This document shows positions 34,052 through 42,557 of a stretch of 64,000 bases of DNA, one piece after another (within the stretch, counting starts at the first letter, position 1; every line of letters begins with the position of its first letter). Position numbers and translations under genes: made by a program. The notes beneath the pieces are model-generated. The model was not told the DNA's origin. It saw nothing but the letters and a program-made list of their open reading frames with translations, and made no database searches. The stretch comes from Alphaproteobacteria bacterium (GTDB taxonomy: Bacteria; Pseudomonadota; Alphaproteobacteria; GCA-2731375): the NCBI GenBank assembly GCA_965232515.1, contig CBDDPY010000002.1:1856001-1920000 (forward strand), written 5' to 3'.

Positions 34052-34217
34052 AGCAACGACCGTACCAGAACTATGGCAAAGTTAGCCGATTGTTAAGACC
34101 GACTAACGCGCGGCAATACCTCTATATTCTTTATGAAGAATTCTTAGGCATTACACGGTGTAAACGGCAATTATTGCCGGGTAGGCAAATAATACCCATT
34201 TTCAGGCAAGATTTGCC
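34052..34217 (-). promoter_or_regulatory. Sigma54 promoter and ftr-like enhancers of flagellin 1
   Basis: Minus strand TGGTACGGTCGTTGC (34053-34067); GGCA-N5-TGCC at 34166-34178 and 34205-34217. Confidence 0.75.
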
Positions 34218-34334
34218 GGCCACCGGCGCGAGGATCGCGAGCGGCGGGATTCTGGCCGGCGAGATAACGACGCGCCGGCGGAAAAAAACGGCCGGGGAAG
34301 AGGCCGCCGAAGCGGCCTCCGACCCCCAGACCGG

Positions 34335-35150
34335 TTAGTTGAACAGGCCCAGAATCGTCTGCGGGCTCGAGTTAGCGATCGCAAGCGACTGGACACCAAG
34401 CTGCTGTTGGATCTGAAGCGACTGAAGCTTTGAGCTTTCGACCGCGAGATCGGCATCCACGAGGTTGCCGACACCCGCCTTCAGGATGTCCTGCAGCTTG
34501 ACGGTGAAATCGGACTGTATCTCAACTCGCTTGGCCACCGAGCCCAGCGCCGCCAGCTTGTCCGACACCTTGGTGATGGCGGTGTCGATGGCTGTGAGTG
34601 CGGTCGCCGCGTTGGCGCTCGAGGTCAAGTCGGACGAGGCGATACCCAGCGTGCTGGAGTCCATCTTCTGGGCGCTCACGGCAATGGAGCTCCCGTCGAC
34701 AGTGCTCAAGACACTGGTGCTCGTCGCGCTAGTGCCGATCAGGTTGGTGCCGTTGAATTCGGCCGTCGCCGCAATTGTCGCAATCTGGCTGCGCAATGCG
34801 TCGAAGTCGTTGTGCAGGGCGGTCCGCGAGGCGGAATCGAGCCCCGCCTGGTTGGCCTGCACGACCTTGGCCTTCATCTCCGTCAACAGGTCGCTGATCG
34901 ACTGGCCCGCGGTGATCGCCACATCAAGTGTGGCTTCGCCGTTCGCCAGTGCCGTCCTCACCGCCGTCATACCGGCGATGTCGCCACGCATGTTCTGCGC
35001 GATGGCATAGGTCGACGCGTCATCCTTCGGTCCGTTTACCTTCAGACCGGTAGTGATATTGAGCTGAGTCCTCTCCAGCATCTTGTTGGTGCTGTTGAGG
35101 TTTTGCAGGGCCGCCATGGCGCCCCTGTTGGTATTGATTGACAGTCCCAT
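34335..35150 (-). CDS. Flagellin 2
   Basis: Same flagellin terminal motifs; long stretches identical to flagellin 1. Confidence 0.97.
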   Translation of the reverse strand: MGLSINTNRGAMAALQNLNSTNKMLERTQLNITTGLKVNGPKDDASTYAIAQNMRGDIAGMTAVRTALANGEATLDVAITAGQSISDLLTEMKAKVVQANQAGLDSASRTALHNDFDALRSQIATIAATAEFNGTNLIGTSATSTSVLSTVDGSSIAVSAQKMDSSTLGIASSDLTSSANAATALTAIDTAITKVSDKLAALGSVAKRVEIQSDFTVKLQDILKAGVGNLVDADLAVESSKLQSLQIQQQLGVQSLAIANSSPQTILGLFN

Positions 35151-35222
35151 TTTCTACTCTCTCCTCTTTCTGAGATCTGAAGTGTTTGACAACGGCCGCG
35201 TTTTGCGTCCTGCCATGCAAAC

Positions 35223-35339
35223 CGCAACAACCGTGCCAAGCGGCCTCAGGAAAGAGCCTCTAATCGTTTGATTTTATTGGATAAATTTTACCAGATCCCG
35301 ATCGACGGCGAGACCGGACGATGGCTGGCAAGAACTGCC
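35223..35339 (-). promoter_or_regulatory. Sigma54 promoter, IHF site and ftr-like site of flagellin 2
   Basis: Minus strand TGGCACGGTTGTTGC (35224-35238); AATCAA-ACGA-TTA IHF consensus (35261-35273); GGCA-agaac-TGCC (35327-35339). Confidence 0.85.
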
Positions 35340-35400
35340 GGGCAGACAGGTCGTTCTTGCCGAACTGCGCAACCCCAAGGGCCGGAATGCCGGGTGTCGG

Positions 35401-36885
35401 TCAGGCCGCCAGCAGGGCCTGATCGGCCAGATCTTTCAGCGCCGCTGTCAACGCGGCGGCGGGATCGGCTTGATCGGCCATGACGGCCAGCAGTTCGCCG
35501 CGCTCGCGCTGACCGTCGAGCAACGGCAACAGCCGCAACGCCGGTCCGTCTTCCAGCGTGGCGACGTCATGGCGCAGGTTGGTAACGACGAAACCCAGCT
35601 GTTCCTGCAGAGCGGCGAGCCGGCTGGCCAGCGGCCGCCGCGACGCGCCGTCGCCCAGTTTCGGCGGGCAAAGCGAGAGCTCGATCAGGTTTCGCGTGCA
35701 GGCCCGCAGCAACGTGTTCTGCAGTTGGATCCGATCGGCCTCGCCCGGACTGGCGCCCAGCCGCGCGGCGGATGTGTTCAGCAAGGTTTGGAACGACGAC
35801 GCCCGGGGCCAGATCTCGGCCAGGTAATCGAATGCGGCCGCGACCATCGGCGTTTCGGCGTCGATCGCGTGGCCGTTGTCGCCGCGGAACCGGACGCCGT
35901 CGGCCGCCCCGTCCGGAGGCGTCGCCCGCAGCCGGCCGGCGATGTGAAATCCCGCAATACGGTCGGCCGTCAGGCGCCGGTCGATGGCAAGATCCTGATG
36001 GCAGAGCAGCGTCTGCCGAAAGGTCCGGTTGCTGACGAAATCGAGATATTGCTCCGCCCAGATCACGTCGCCGCTGGCGGCGGCCAACTGCGCCGTCTCC
36101 GGCGGATAGTTGTCGAGGATCGTCGCGCCCAAATTGGCCTCGCTCAAGTACTGCAGGCCATGCTCGGCCGCACGGGCGGCGAAATCGCTGAAATAGAGCG
36201 GCGCGTTGTGCGTCTCGAACATCTCGTGCGCGGCATAGAAATCAGGCAGTTCCTCGAGCAATTTCACTTCCTGATTCAGGAGCTGCCCATAGCTTTGGCG
36301 TGGATCCAGGTTCTCGTTCGCAAGCGTTCGCAGAAATGCGATGCCCTGGCGGACCCGCTCGCGCCGGTCGGCGATGTGTCGCACGTGAAACAACATCGCT
36401 TCCCGTGCCACCTGACGTTGCCGCCAGCCGGGAAAGGTGTTGTAGCTGATATAGGCGATGCCGTTGCCGTTCAGGTGGCGACGGCAGATGTCGAGAATTC
36501 GGTCCTGCACGGACGCCGGCACCCACGAGAACACGCCGTGTACGACGACATAGTCGAAGGTGCCGATCTCGTCGCCCAGATCCATCACGTCACGAGCCTG
36601 GAAGGCGATGTTGCCCAGCCCGAGCTCACCGGCCATGGTCTGGCCGGCGTTGATCTGGACGGCCGACAAGTCGATGCCGACGAACTGGCTGTCGGGCAGC
36701 CCCAGCGCCATGGGAATAAGATTGCCGCCGGTGCCGCAGCCAATCTCCAGCAGCCGGCAGTCGTCGGGCCTGGCCGGACTTTGGCCGAACAGGCTGGCAA
36801 GCGAAGCGATATGGTCGGGATGGGTGTGCCGCCAGGGCAGCGAAATCATCGGCAGGTCGTCATAGGCCGCGCCGATATCCTCCAT
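35401..36885 (-). CDS. SAM-dependent methyltransferase with methyltransferase-regulatory domain, Rickettsia PKMT-like
   Basis: YDDLP...THPD, LLEIGCGTGGNL, GIDLS, FDYVVVHGVFSWVP, YISYNTFPGW, HE..E..N.PLYF, EQYLDF..NR.FRQTLL; start set at MEDIG. Confidence 0.85.
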   Translation of the reverse strand: MEDIGAAYDDLPMISLPWRHTHPDHIASLASLFGQSPARPDDCRLLEIGCGTGGNLIPMALGLPDSQFVGIDLSAVQINAGQTMAGELGLGNIAFQARDVMDLGDEIGTFDYVVVHGVFSWVPASVQDRILDICRRHLNGNGIAYISYNTFPGWRQRQVAREAMLFHVRHIADRRERVRQGIAFLRTLANENLDPRQSYGQLLNQEVKLLEELPDFYAAHEMFETHNAPLYFSDFAARAAEHGLQYLSEANLGATILDNYPPETAQLAAASGDVIWAEQYLDFVSNRTFRQTLLCHQDLAIDRRLTADRIAGFHIAGRLRATPPDGAADGVRFRGDNGHAIDAETPMVAAAFDYLAEIWPRASSFQTLLNTSAARLGASPGEADRIQLQNTLLRACTRNLIELSLCPPKLGDGASRRPLASRLAALQEQLGFVVTNLRHDVATLEDGPALRLLPLLDGQRERGELLAVMADQADPAAALTAALKDLADQALLAA

Positions 36886-36913
36886 CTCGCCGTCCGTCCG
36901 GGGCTGCATGTGC

Positions 36914-36928
36914 TTAATCAATATTTAA
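36914..36928. promoter_or_regulatory. CtrA box upstream of the PKMT-like methyltransferase
   Basis: TTAA-tcaatat-TTAA, exact, 29 bp upstream of ATG 36885. Confidence 0.8.
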
Positions 36929-37051
36929 ACGAATGGGTACGCGCCCGCCCGAAACTGGCATTTGGGGCCGCGCCGCCTCCGTGGAACCGGCGCGGCCCCG
37001 TCACATCGGGAGATGTGAACCGCCATGGGAGAGCGATGGTAGGCGCCGGAC

Positions 37052-37390
37052 CTAGGCCGCGAGACCTTCCATGATCGAACGATTGACGTCGATCAGAGGG
37101 GCGATTTCCGCTTTGCCCTGAAGCACCATGCGCGAATGCTTGTCGACCCAAATGGCCAGCGAGATGATGCCGGCGCGCACTTCGTCGGGAAGCTGATTGT
37201 CATCGTTGGCGCAATCGGCCTGCAGCGTCAGCCACAGCCGACGGTTCCAGTGCACGGCTTTCTGCAGCGACAGGCTCTCGCCGTCTTGGGCATCCATCAG
37301 GGACTTCGTCACCTGCGCGAACAACCGGTATTCGGTCTTGCGCGGATCTTCAGTCGTGTTCAGAGCTGTCTGATAGCTATGGAGCGACAT
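37052..37390 (-). CDS. flaF: FlaF (copy 2)
   Basis: EDPR.TEYRLFAQVT, HWNRRLWLTL, IISLAIWV; overlaps the flbT stop. Confidence 0.93.
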   Translation of the reverse strand: MSLHSYQTALNTTEDPRKTEYRLFAQVTKSLMDAQDGESLSLQKAVHWNRRLWLTLQADCANDDNQLPDEVRAGIISLAIWVDKHSRMVLQGKAEIAPLIDVNRSIMEGLAA

Positions 37391-37775
37391 AATTCAACCT
37401 CACGTCCTCGAATTGAAATAGCTTCCGGCAACCAAGGAGAGCCTTGTAGTAATCCTTGCCGTGCACTAATTCGATGATATTCACGCATTGCGCTAACGCT
37501 TCGGCGTTGCTGATGGCGTTCATGAACTCGCCCATGCGCTGCACGAACTCGTCGTACAGCTGCTTGTCGGCCTTTTCGTCCATGTACATCATCATCACGG
37601 CGAAATAGATCCGACGCATCGGCGTGTTCGCCTGGTCGGGCAGCATGATGTCCTTCTCGCGAAGCAGCGCGGCCTTGTTCTGGATGACCAGCGTGGTCCG
37701 CCGGTCGCCGTTCTGCACGACAGCGCCGTTGATCAGGAACTTCTCGCCGGGTTTCAGCGTCAGCTTCAATGCCAT
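37377..37775 (-). CDS. flbT: Flagellin translational regulator FlbT
   Basis: MALKLTLKPGEKF.INGAVV.NGDRR, A.TP.RRIYF, YYKAL..CRKL..FE. Confidence 0.95.
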   Translation of the reverse strand: MALKLTLKPGEKFLINGAVVQNGDRRTTLVIQNKAALLREKDIMLPDQANTPMRRIYFAVMMMYMDEKADKQLYDEFVQRMGEFMNAISNAEALAQCVNIIELVHGKDYYKALLGCRKLFQFEDVRLNYVAP

Positions 37776-37822
37776 TGGTTTCTATGCGGCCGCCGCGGCG
37801 GCCCCATCTCCTATCCTGGACC

Positions 37823-38635
37823 CTACTGGAACAACGCCAGGATATTCTGAGGCGCGGCGTTGGCAATCGACAACGCCTGGATGCCCAGCTGCTGCTTGGC
37901 CTGCAACGCCGTCAGATTGGCGCTTTCCTTGGCCATGTCGGCATCCACCAGGTTGCCGACGCCGGCTTTCAGGATATCCATCAGCTTGACCGTGAAGTCG
38001 CCCTGAATCTCCAGGCGCTTGCCGGCCGAGCCGAGGGCCGCCAGGCGTTCGTTCACCTTCACCAGAGCCGAGTCGATGGTGGTCAGGGCGGTCGCCGCCG
38101 TCGCGCTGGAGGTCAGCGACAACGTCGCGATACCCAACGTGCTGATGTCCATCTTCTGGGCGCTGACGGCGATGTTGCTGCCGTCAACGGTGCTCAGCAC
38201 CGACATGTTGACCGCGCTTTCGCCAATCAGGTTGGTGCCGTTGAACTCGGCCGTGGCCGCGATCGTGGCGATCTGATCGCGCAACGCGACAAAGTCGTTG
38301 TGCAACGCGGTCCGCGACACCGAGTCGAGACCGGCCTGGTTGGCCTGCACGACCTTGGCCTTCATCTCGATCAGCAGGTCGGAAATCGCCTTACCAGCGT
38401 CGATCGCGACGTTGACCGTCGATTCGCCGGCGGCGATCGCGGTCTTCACCGCCTTCATGCCGGCAATGTCACCACGCATGTTCTGCGCGATGGCGTAGGT
38501 CGAGGCATCGTCCTTCGGACCGTTGACCATCAGGCCCGTGGTGATGTTCAGCTGCGTACGTTCCAACGACTTGTTGGTCGTATTCAACTGTTGGAGCGCG
38601 ATCATCGCTCCGAGGTTGGTGTTAATAGACAGCAT
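37823..38635 (-). CDS. Flagellin 3 (more divergent copy)
   Basis: SINTNLGAMIALQQLN, GVGNLVDADMAKESA.L.ALQ.KQQLG. Confidence 0.97.
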   Translation of the reverse strand: MLSINTNLGAMIALQQLNTTNKSLERTQLNITTGLMVNGPKDDASTYAIAQNMRGDIAGMKAVKTAIAAGESTVNVAIDAGKAISDLLIEMKAKVVQANQAGLDSVSRTALHNDFVALRDQIATIAATAEFNGTNLIGESAVNMSVLSTVDGSNIAVSAQKMDISTLGIATLSLTSSATAATALTTIDSALVKVNERLAALGSAGKRLEIQGDFTVKLMDILKAGVGNLVDADMAKESANLTALQAKQQLGIQALSIANAAPQNILALFQ

Positions 38636-38708
38636 TTTTCACTCTCCATCTCCCGAAATGGGTGTGACCGCCAGGTAGGTCGTTGGCTTTGTCACCGACA
38701 AGCACAAT

Positions 38709-38869
38709 CGCAACCCATATGCCAGTTTCGGCGGGGATCTGAAAAATCGCCATAAGCCTCTGTTTTATCTATATTATTCCCCCTCAACGGCGGTGGCTTC
38801 GAGGTCCGCGGCGAACGCTGTCGGGCATGGTTAACGGGAAATTCTTGCCACCTCGCTGCAATCTTTGCC
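38709..38869 (-). promoter_or_regulatory. Sigma54 promoter and ftr-like sites of flagellin 3
   Basis: Minus strand TGGCATATGGGTTGC (38710-38724); imperfect GGCA-N5-TGCC at 38837-38849 and 38857-38869. Confidence 0.75.
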
Positions 38870-38896
38870 GGTCCGCGGGACCGTGTTGCCGACGGG

Positions 38897-38912
38897 TTAA
38901 ACAGGTCTTAAC
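38897..38912 (+). promoter_or_regulatory. CtrA box upstream of the TPR-GT41 gene
   Basis: TTAA-acaggtc-TTAAC, full consensus, 24 bp before ATG 38936. Confidence 0.85.
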
Positions 38913-38935
38913 TCGCTTCGGCGATAAGCGACCGC

Positions 38936-41683
38936 ATGGAGATCGCTGCGGATTCCTTTCGCGAGGCGCTGAAGGCGCACCGATCCGGCGACGTCGCGGC
39001 GGCGATGGCGCTTTACCGCCGCAGCGTCGTCGACGATCCGGACAACATCGATGCCTTGTTCAACCTCGCCGTCCTGACCGCGACGGTCGGGCGCATCGAT
39101 GAGGCCAAGGTCCTCTATGAACAGGTCTTGAGCCTGCGCCCGGACGAGCCGGACACCCTGGTCAATCTCGGCAACCTGATGCAGGCCGTGGGCCGGTCGG
39201 ACGAGGCCGAGGCCTACTATCGCCGCGCGTTGCTGGTGAAACCGACGCTGGCCGCGGCCAACGTCAACCTCGGCAGCCTGCTGCTCGCTCGCGGCGACTA
39301 CGAAGCGGCCATCCAGTCGTTTCAGCAGGCGCTGGCGATCGACCCCTGCCTGCCGCTCGCCATGAACGGGATGGCGGCCGCCTTGGTACGGCTCGACCGG
39401 CATGCCGAGGCCGTTCAACCTCTGGAAACCGCCATCGCGATCGATCCAACGCTTCTCGAGCCATGGCGCAATCTCGGGCTGGTCCTGAATCACCTCGGTC
39501 GCCCCGAACAGGCGCTCGACAAACTGAGCCAAGCCGAGCAGTGCAACCCGCAGGATGGCATGACCCAGGCGTTGATCGGTGACGCCCACTATCGGCTTAG
39601 CGATCTCAAAGCCGCCATCATCCATTTCCGCCGCGCCGTCGAGCTGGCCCCGCAGACGCCTCAGTTTCTGAACAATCTCGGCATGGCGCTTAACGACAAA
39701 GGCGATCATGACGAAGCGGCCGACGTGCTGCGTCAGGCATTGCGGATCGACCGGCGACAACCGGAGGCCTGGACCAATCTCGGTAACTGCCTGGTTCAGC
39801 TTGACCGGCCCGACGAAGCCATCGACAGCTACCGGGAAGCCCTGGCGCTGGCGCCCCAGCTCGGCGTTGCCGGCTGCAATCTCGGCAACACGCTTCGCAA
39901 TACGGGCCGCCTGGCGGAAGCCGCGGTGGCGTTTGAGCAGGCGATTGAGCATTCGCCCGGTCTCGCCATGGCCTATAACGGATTGGCGCTGGTCCGGCAG
40001 CAGGAAAACCAGAACGAACAGGCGGTCGAACTGCTGCGCAAGGCGGTGGAGATCAGGCCCGACTATCCCGAAGCGCTGAACAATCTCGCGATCTCCCTCG
40101 GCCACCTCAACCGCTTGCCCGAGGCCGTCGACGTGTACCAGCGTCTGTTGGACGTCAAACCGGACCTGCCGGAGGCGCTGTTCAATCTGGCCTCGCTGCT
40201 GCAGTCTTTGGGCCGGCACGACGAGGCGATCATGGCGTTGCGGCATTGCCTCGCCCTGCGGCCGGACTACCGGGTGATCTACCCATATCTCGCGCACAGC
40301 CTGATGCAGCAGTGCAGCTGGACCAATCTGGACGGCATCATCGGCAAGATCCGCCACAATATGGAGGCCGAGCTGGCCGAGGGGGTCGGCCTGTCGATCC
40401 CCGCGTTCGCCCTGCAGAGCCTGCCTGGGGAATTCCCCATGGAACTACGGCAGCGGGCGGCCGAACATATCGCCGGCCGGGCCGAGGCCGAGGTGGCCGA
40501 GACCTGTCGCCAGTTGCGTCTGGATCATCGGCGTCCGCCGGGCAGGCGCAAGTTGACGATCGGCTATGTCTCTCCGGACTTCCGGTTTCACAGCGTCGCC
40601 CTGGCGTTCCGGGGCATTCTGGAGAACCATGACCGGGACGCGTTCAATCTCATCGGCTATTCGCTGTTCAACGGCGCCGAGGACGACCTGACGCGGGAGT
40701 TCGAGCAGACTTTCGACGGCTTTCGGCGGATCACCGACACGCCCTACCGCGAAACGGCCGAGCTGATCGACCGCGACCGGGTCGACATCCTGATCGATCT
40801 TGCCGGCCACACCCTTGGCTCGCGACTGCCGATTTTCGCACTCCGCGCGGCCCCGCTGCAGGCACACTATCTCGGCTACTCCGCGACCGTCGGCGCCAAA
40901 TTCCTCGACTACCTCATTACCGATCATGCGCAAGTGCCGCCGGAAAACCGGCAATACTTCACCGAGCAGTTGGTCTATCTGCCGGACACGTTCATGGCGA
41001 CGCAGCGGGCGCCGGTCGCCGTCCACCGGCCAAGCCGGCACGATTGCGGCCTGCCCGAGGACGGCATCGTGTTCGCCAACTTCAATTCTCACTACAAGTT
41101 CGACCCGCACCTGTTCGCGATCTGGATGCGCCTGCTGCGACAGTCGCCCGGCAGCGTTCTTTGGCTACTGGCGGGAACGCCGGGCTGCGTCGCCAACCTG
41201 CAGCGCGAAGCCGCCGCGCGGAACGTCGATCCGGCACGGCTGGTGTTCGCGCCGAAGATCACCCATCCGGAGCACCTGGCCCGGCTGCCGTTGGCCGACC
41301 TGGCGCTCGACAATCTCTATCACGGCGGCGGCGTAACCACCGTCGATGCGCTGTGGACCGGCGTGCCGGTGCTGACAATCGCCTCGCAGACGCCACAGTC
41401 GCGCAACGGCGCCACCCTGATCACCGCCATTGGGCTCGCGGACCTGATCGTCCACAGCGTTGACGACTATGAACGCCTTGCCCTGAAAATCGCCGGCGAC
41501 CCGGCTCTGCGCCAATCGCTGCGGGACCGGCTGGTCGCCAATCGGGACAGCTATCCGCTGTTCCGGCCCAAACGTCTGACACGGCATCTGGAGCAGGGCT
41601 ATCGGCTGATGTGGCGCAATCATGTCGACGGCCGGCCGCCGGCCATGATCGACGTCCCGGCGCTGCCGGAAGAACCGACCTGA
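38936..41683 (+). CDS. TPR-repeat GT41 (OGT/SPINDLY-family) protein glycosyltransferase
   Basis: About a dozen TPRs (NLG..L...G...EA...Y..AL...P), then IGYVSPDFRFHSV, DILIDLAGHT, APLQAHYLGY, FANFNSHYK, SVLWLL, TTVDALWTGVP. Confidence 0.92.
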   Translation: MEIAADSFREALKAHRSGDVAAAMALYRRSVVDDPDNIDALFNLAVLTATVGRIDEAKVLYEQVLSLRPDEPDTLVNLGNLMQAVGRSDEAEAYYRRALLVKPTLAAANVNLGSLLLARGDYEAAIQSFQQALAIDPCLPLAMNGMAAALVRLDRHAEAVQPLETAIAIDPTLLEPWRNLGLVLNHLGRPEQALDKLSQAEQCNPQDGMTQALIGDAHYRLSDLKAAIIHFRRAVELAPQTPQFLNNLGMALNDKGDHDEAADVLRQALRIDRRQPEAWTNLGNCLVQLDRPDEAIDSYREALALAPQLGVAGCNLGNTLRNTGRLAEAAVAFEQAIEHSPGLAMAYNGLALVRQQENQNEQAVELLRKAVEIRPDYPEALNNLAISLGHLNRLPEAVDVYQRLLDVKPDLPEALFNLASLLQSLGRHDEAIMALRHCLALRPDYRVIYPYLAHSLMQQCSWTNLDGIIGKIRHNMEAELAEGVGLSIPAFALQSLPGEFPMELRQRAAEHIAGRAEAEVAETCRQLRLDHRRPPGRRKLTIGYVSPDFRFHSVALAFRGILENHDRDAFNLIGYSLFNGAEDDLTREFEQTFDGFRRITDTPYRETAELIDRDRVDILIDLAGHTLGSRLPIFALRAAPLQAHYLGYSATVGAKFLDYLITDHAQVPPENRQYFTEQLVYLPDTFMATQRAPVAVHRPSRHDCGLPEDGIVFANFNSHYKFDPHLFAIWMRLLRQSPGSVLWLLAGTPGCVANLQREAAARNVDPARLVFAPKITHPEHLARLPLADLALDNLYHGGGVTTVDALWTGVPVLTIASQTPQSRNGATLITAIGLADLIVHSVDDYERLALKIAGDPALRQSLRDRLVANRDSYPLFRPKRLTRHLEQGYRLMWRNHVDGRPPAMIDVPALPEEPT

Positions 41684-41702
41684 AGGGTTCCCTTCGGTCC
41701 GC

Positions 41703-42557
41703 CTAACGCAGGACCGCGGCGATATCCCGAATGACGTCGTCGAAGGCCGGCTGGCCGATCCCGAAACGCTCGACTTCAACCGACATGTCCAGCGTGGTGT
41801 TCGGCGACAGTGCCGTCGGATCAAGGCCGGACCGGCAGGGCGCGATGAAATCGGGGTCGGCCGACAAATGTCGCGCCAGACACGTCGCCAGGTCGACATA
41901 GCTGTGATCGGCCGCGCCCGAGCATTGATAGATCCCGACGGCGCGAGCCCGCAGCAGATGTGTGATCAAGGTGCAGACCAGATCGAGTGAAATCGGCGCC
42001 AGATACATGTCCGTGAACGGCGCGACCTGCGTTCCGGCGCGCAACGCCGTGGCCCAGTCGTTCAGCAGCGGCAGGGACGGCGCCAGCACCTTGCTCAGCC
42101 GCAGCACCCCGACGTCGCCGGCCAGGGCCAGAATGCCGGCCTCCGCCGCCACCTTCTGTTCGCCATATCGGGTCAGCGGACAGACCGGCTCATCCCGCCG
42201 GCGCTGGGAAATCTGTCCGTCGAAGACCTTGTCGCTCGACAGATGCAGCACATAGGCTCCCTGCCCGACCAGCGCCGCGGCGATGCCGACGATGCCGTCG
42301 ACATTCACGCGCCGCGAACCGGCCGGGTCCCGGTCGCAGTCCGCCAGCCGCGCAACCCCGGCGCACAGAACCGCGGCGTCGACCCGGGGCAGCGCCGGCA
42401 GCGAGTCGGCCGCCGCCGCGACATCCAGGAACAGCGGGCCGTCGCGCCGACGCGTGGTCGCCACGACCTCGACCCCCAAGGCCGTCAAATGCCGCGTCAG
42501 TCCGGCGCCGACCAGGCCGTCGCCGCCGACCACCAATATGCGGCCGGTTGGCGTCAC
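41703..42557 (-). CDS. RmlD-like NDP-4-keto-sugar reductase (extended SDR)
   Basis: GTG start overlapping the upstream stop; VVGGDGLVG, SSDKVFDG, P...YGEQK. Confidence 0.85.
   Translation of the reverse strand: MTPTGRILVVGGDGLVGAGLTRHLTALGVEVVATTRRRDGPLFLDVAAAADSLPALPRVDAAVLCAGVARLADCDRDPAGSRRVNVDGIVGIAAALVGQGAYVLHLSSDKVFDGQISQRRRDEPVCPLTRYGEQKVAAEAGILALAGDVGVLRLSKVLAPSLPLLNDWATALRAGTQVAPFTDMYLAPISLDLVCTLITHLLRARAVGIYQCSGAADHSYVDLATCLARHLSADPDFIAPCRSGLDPTALSPNTTLDMSVEVERFGIGQPAFDDVIRDIAAVLR

Noticed and set aside
33160-38635. Repeated DNA blocks resembling an array or assembly duplication
   Set aside because: Explained by three flagellin and two flaF paralogs with many synonymous differences; no CRISPR-like repeat-spacer periodicity
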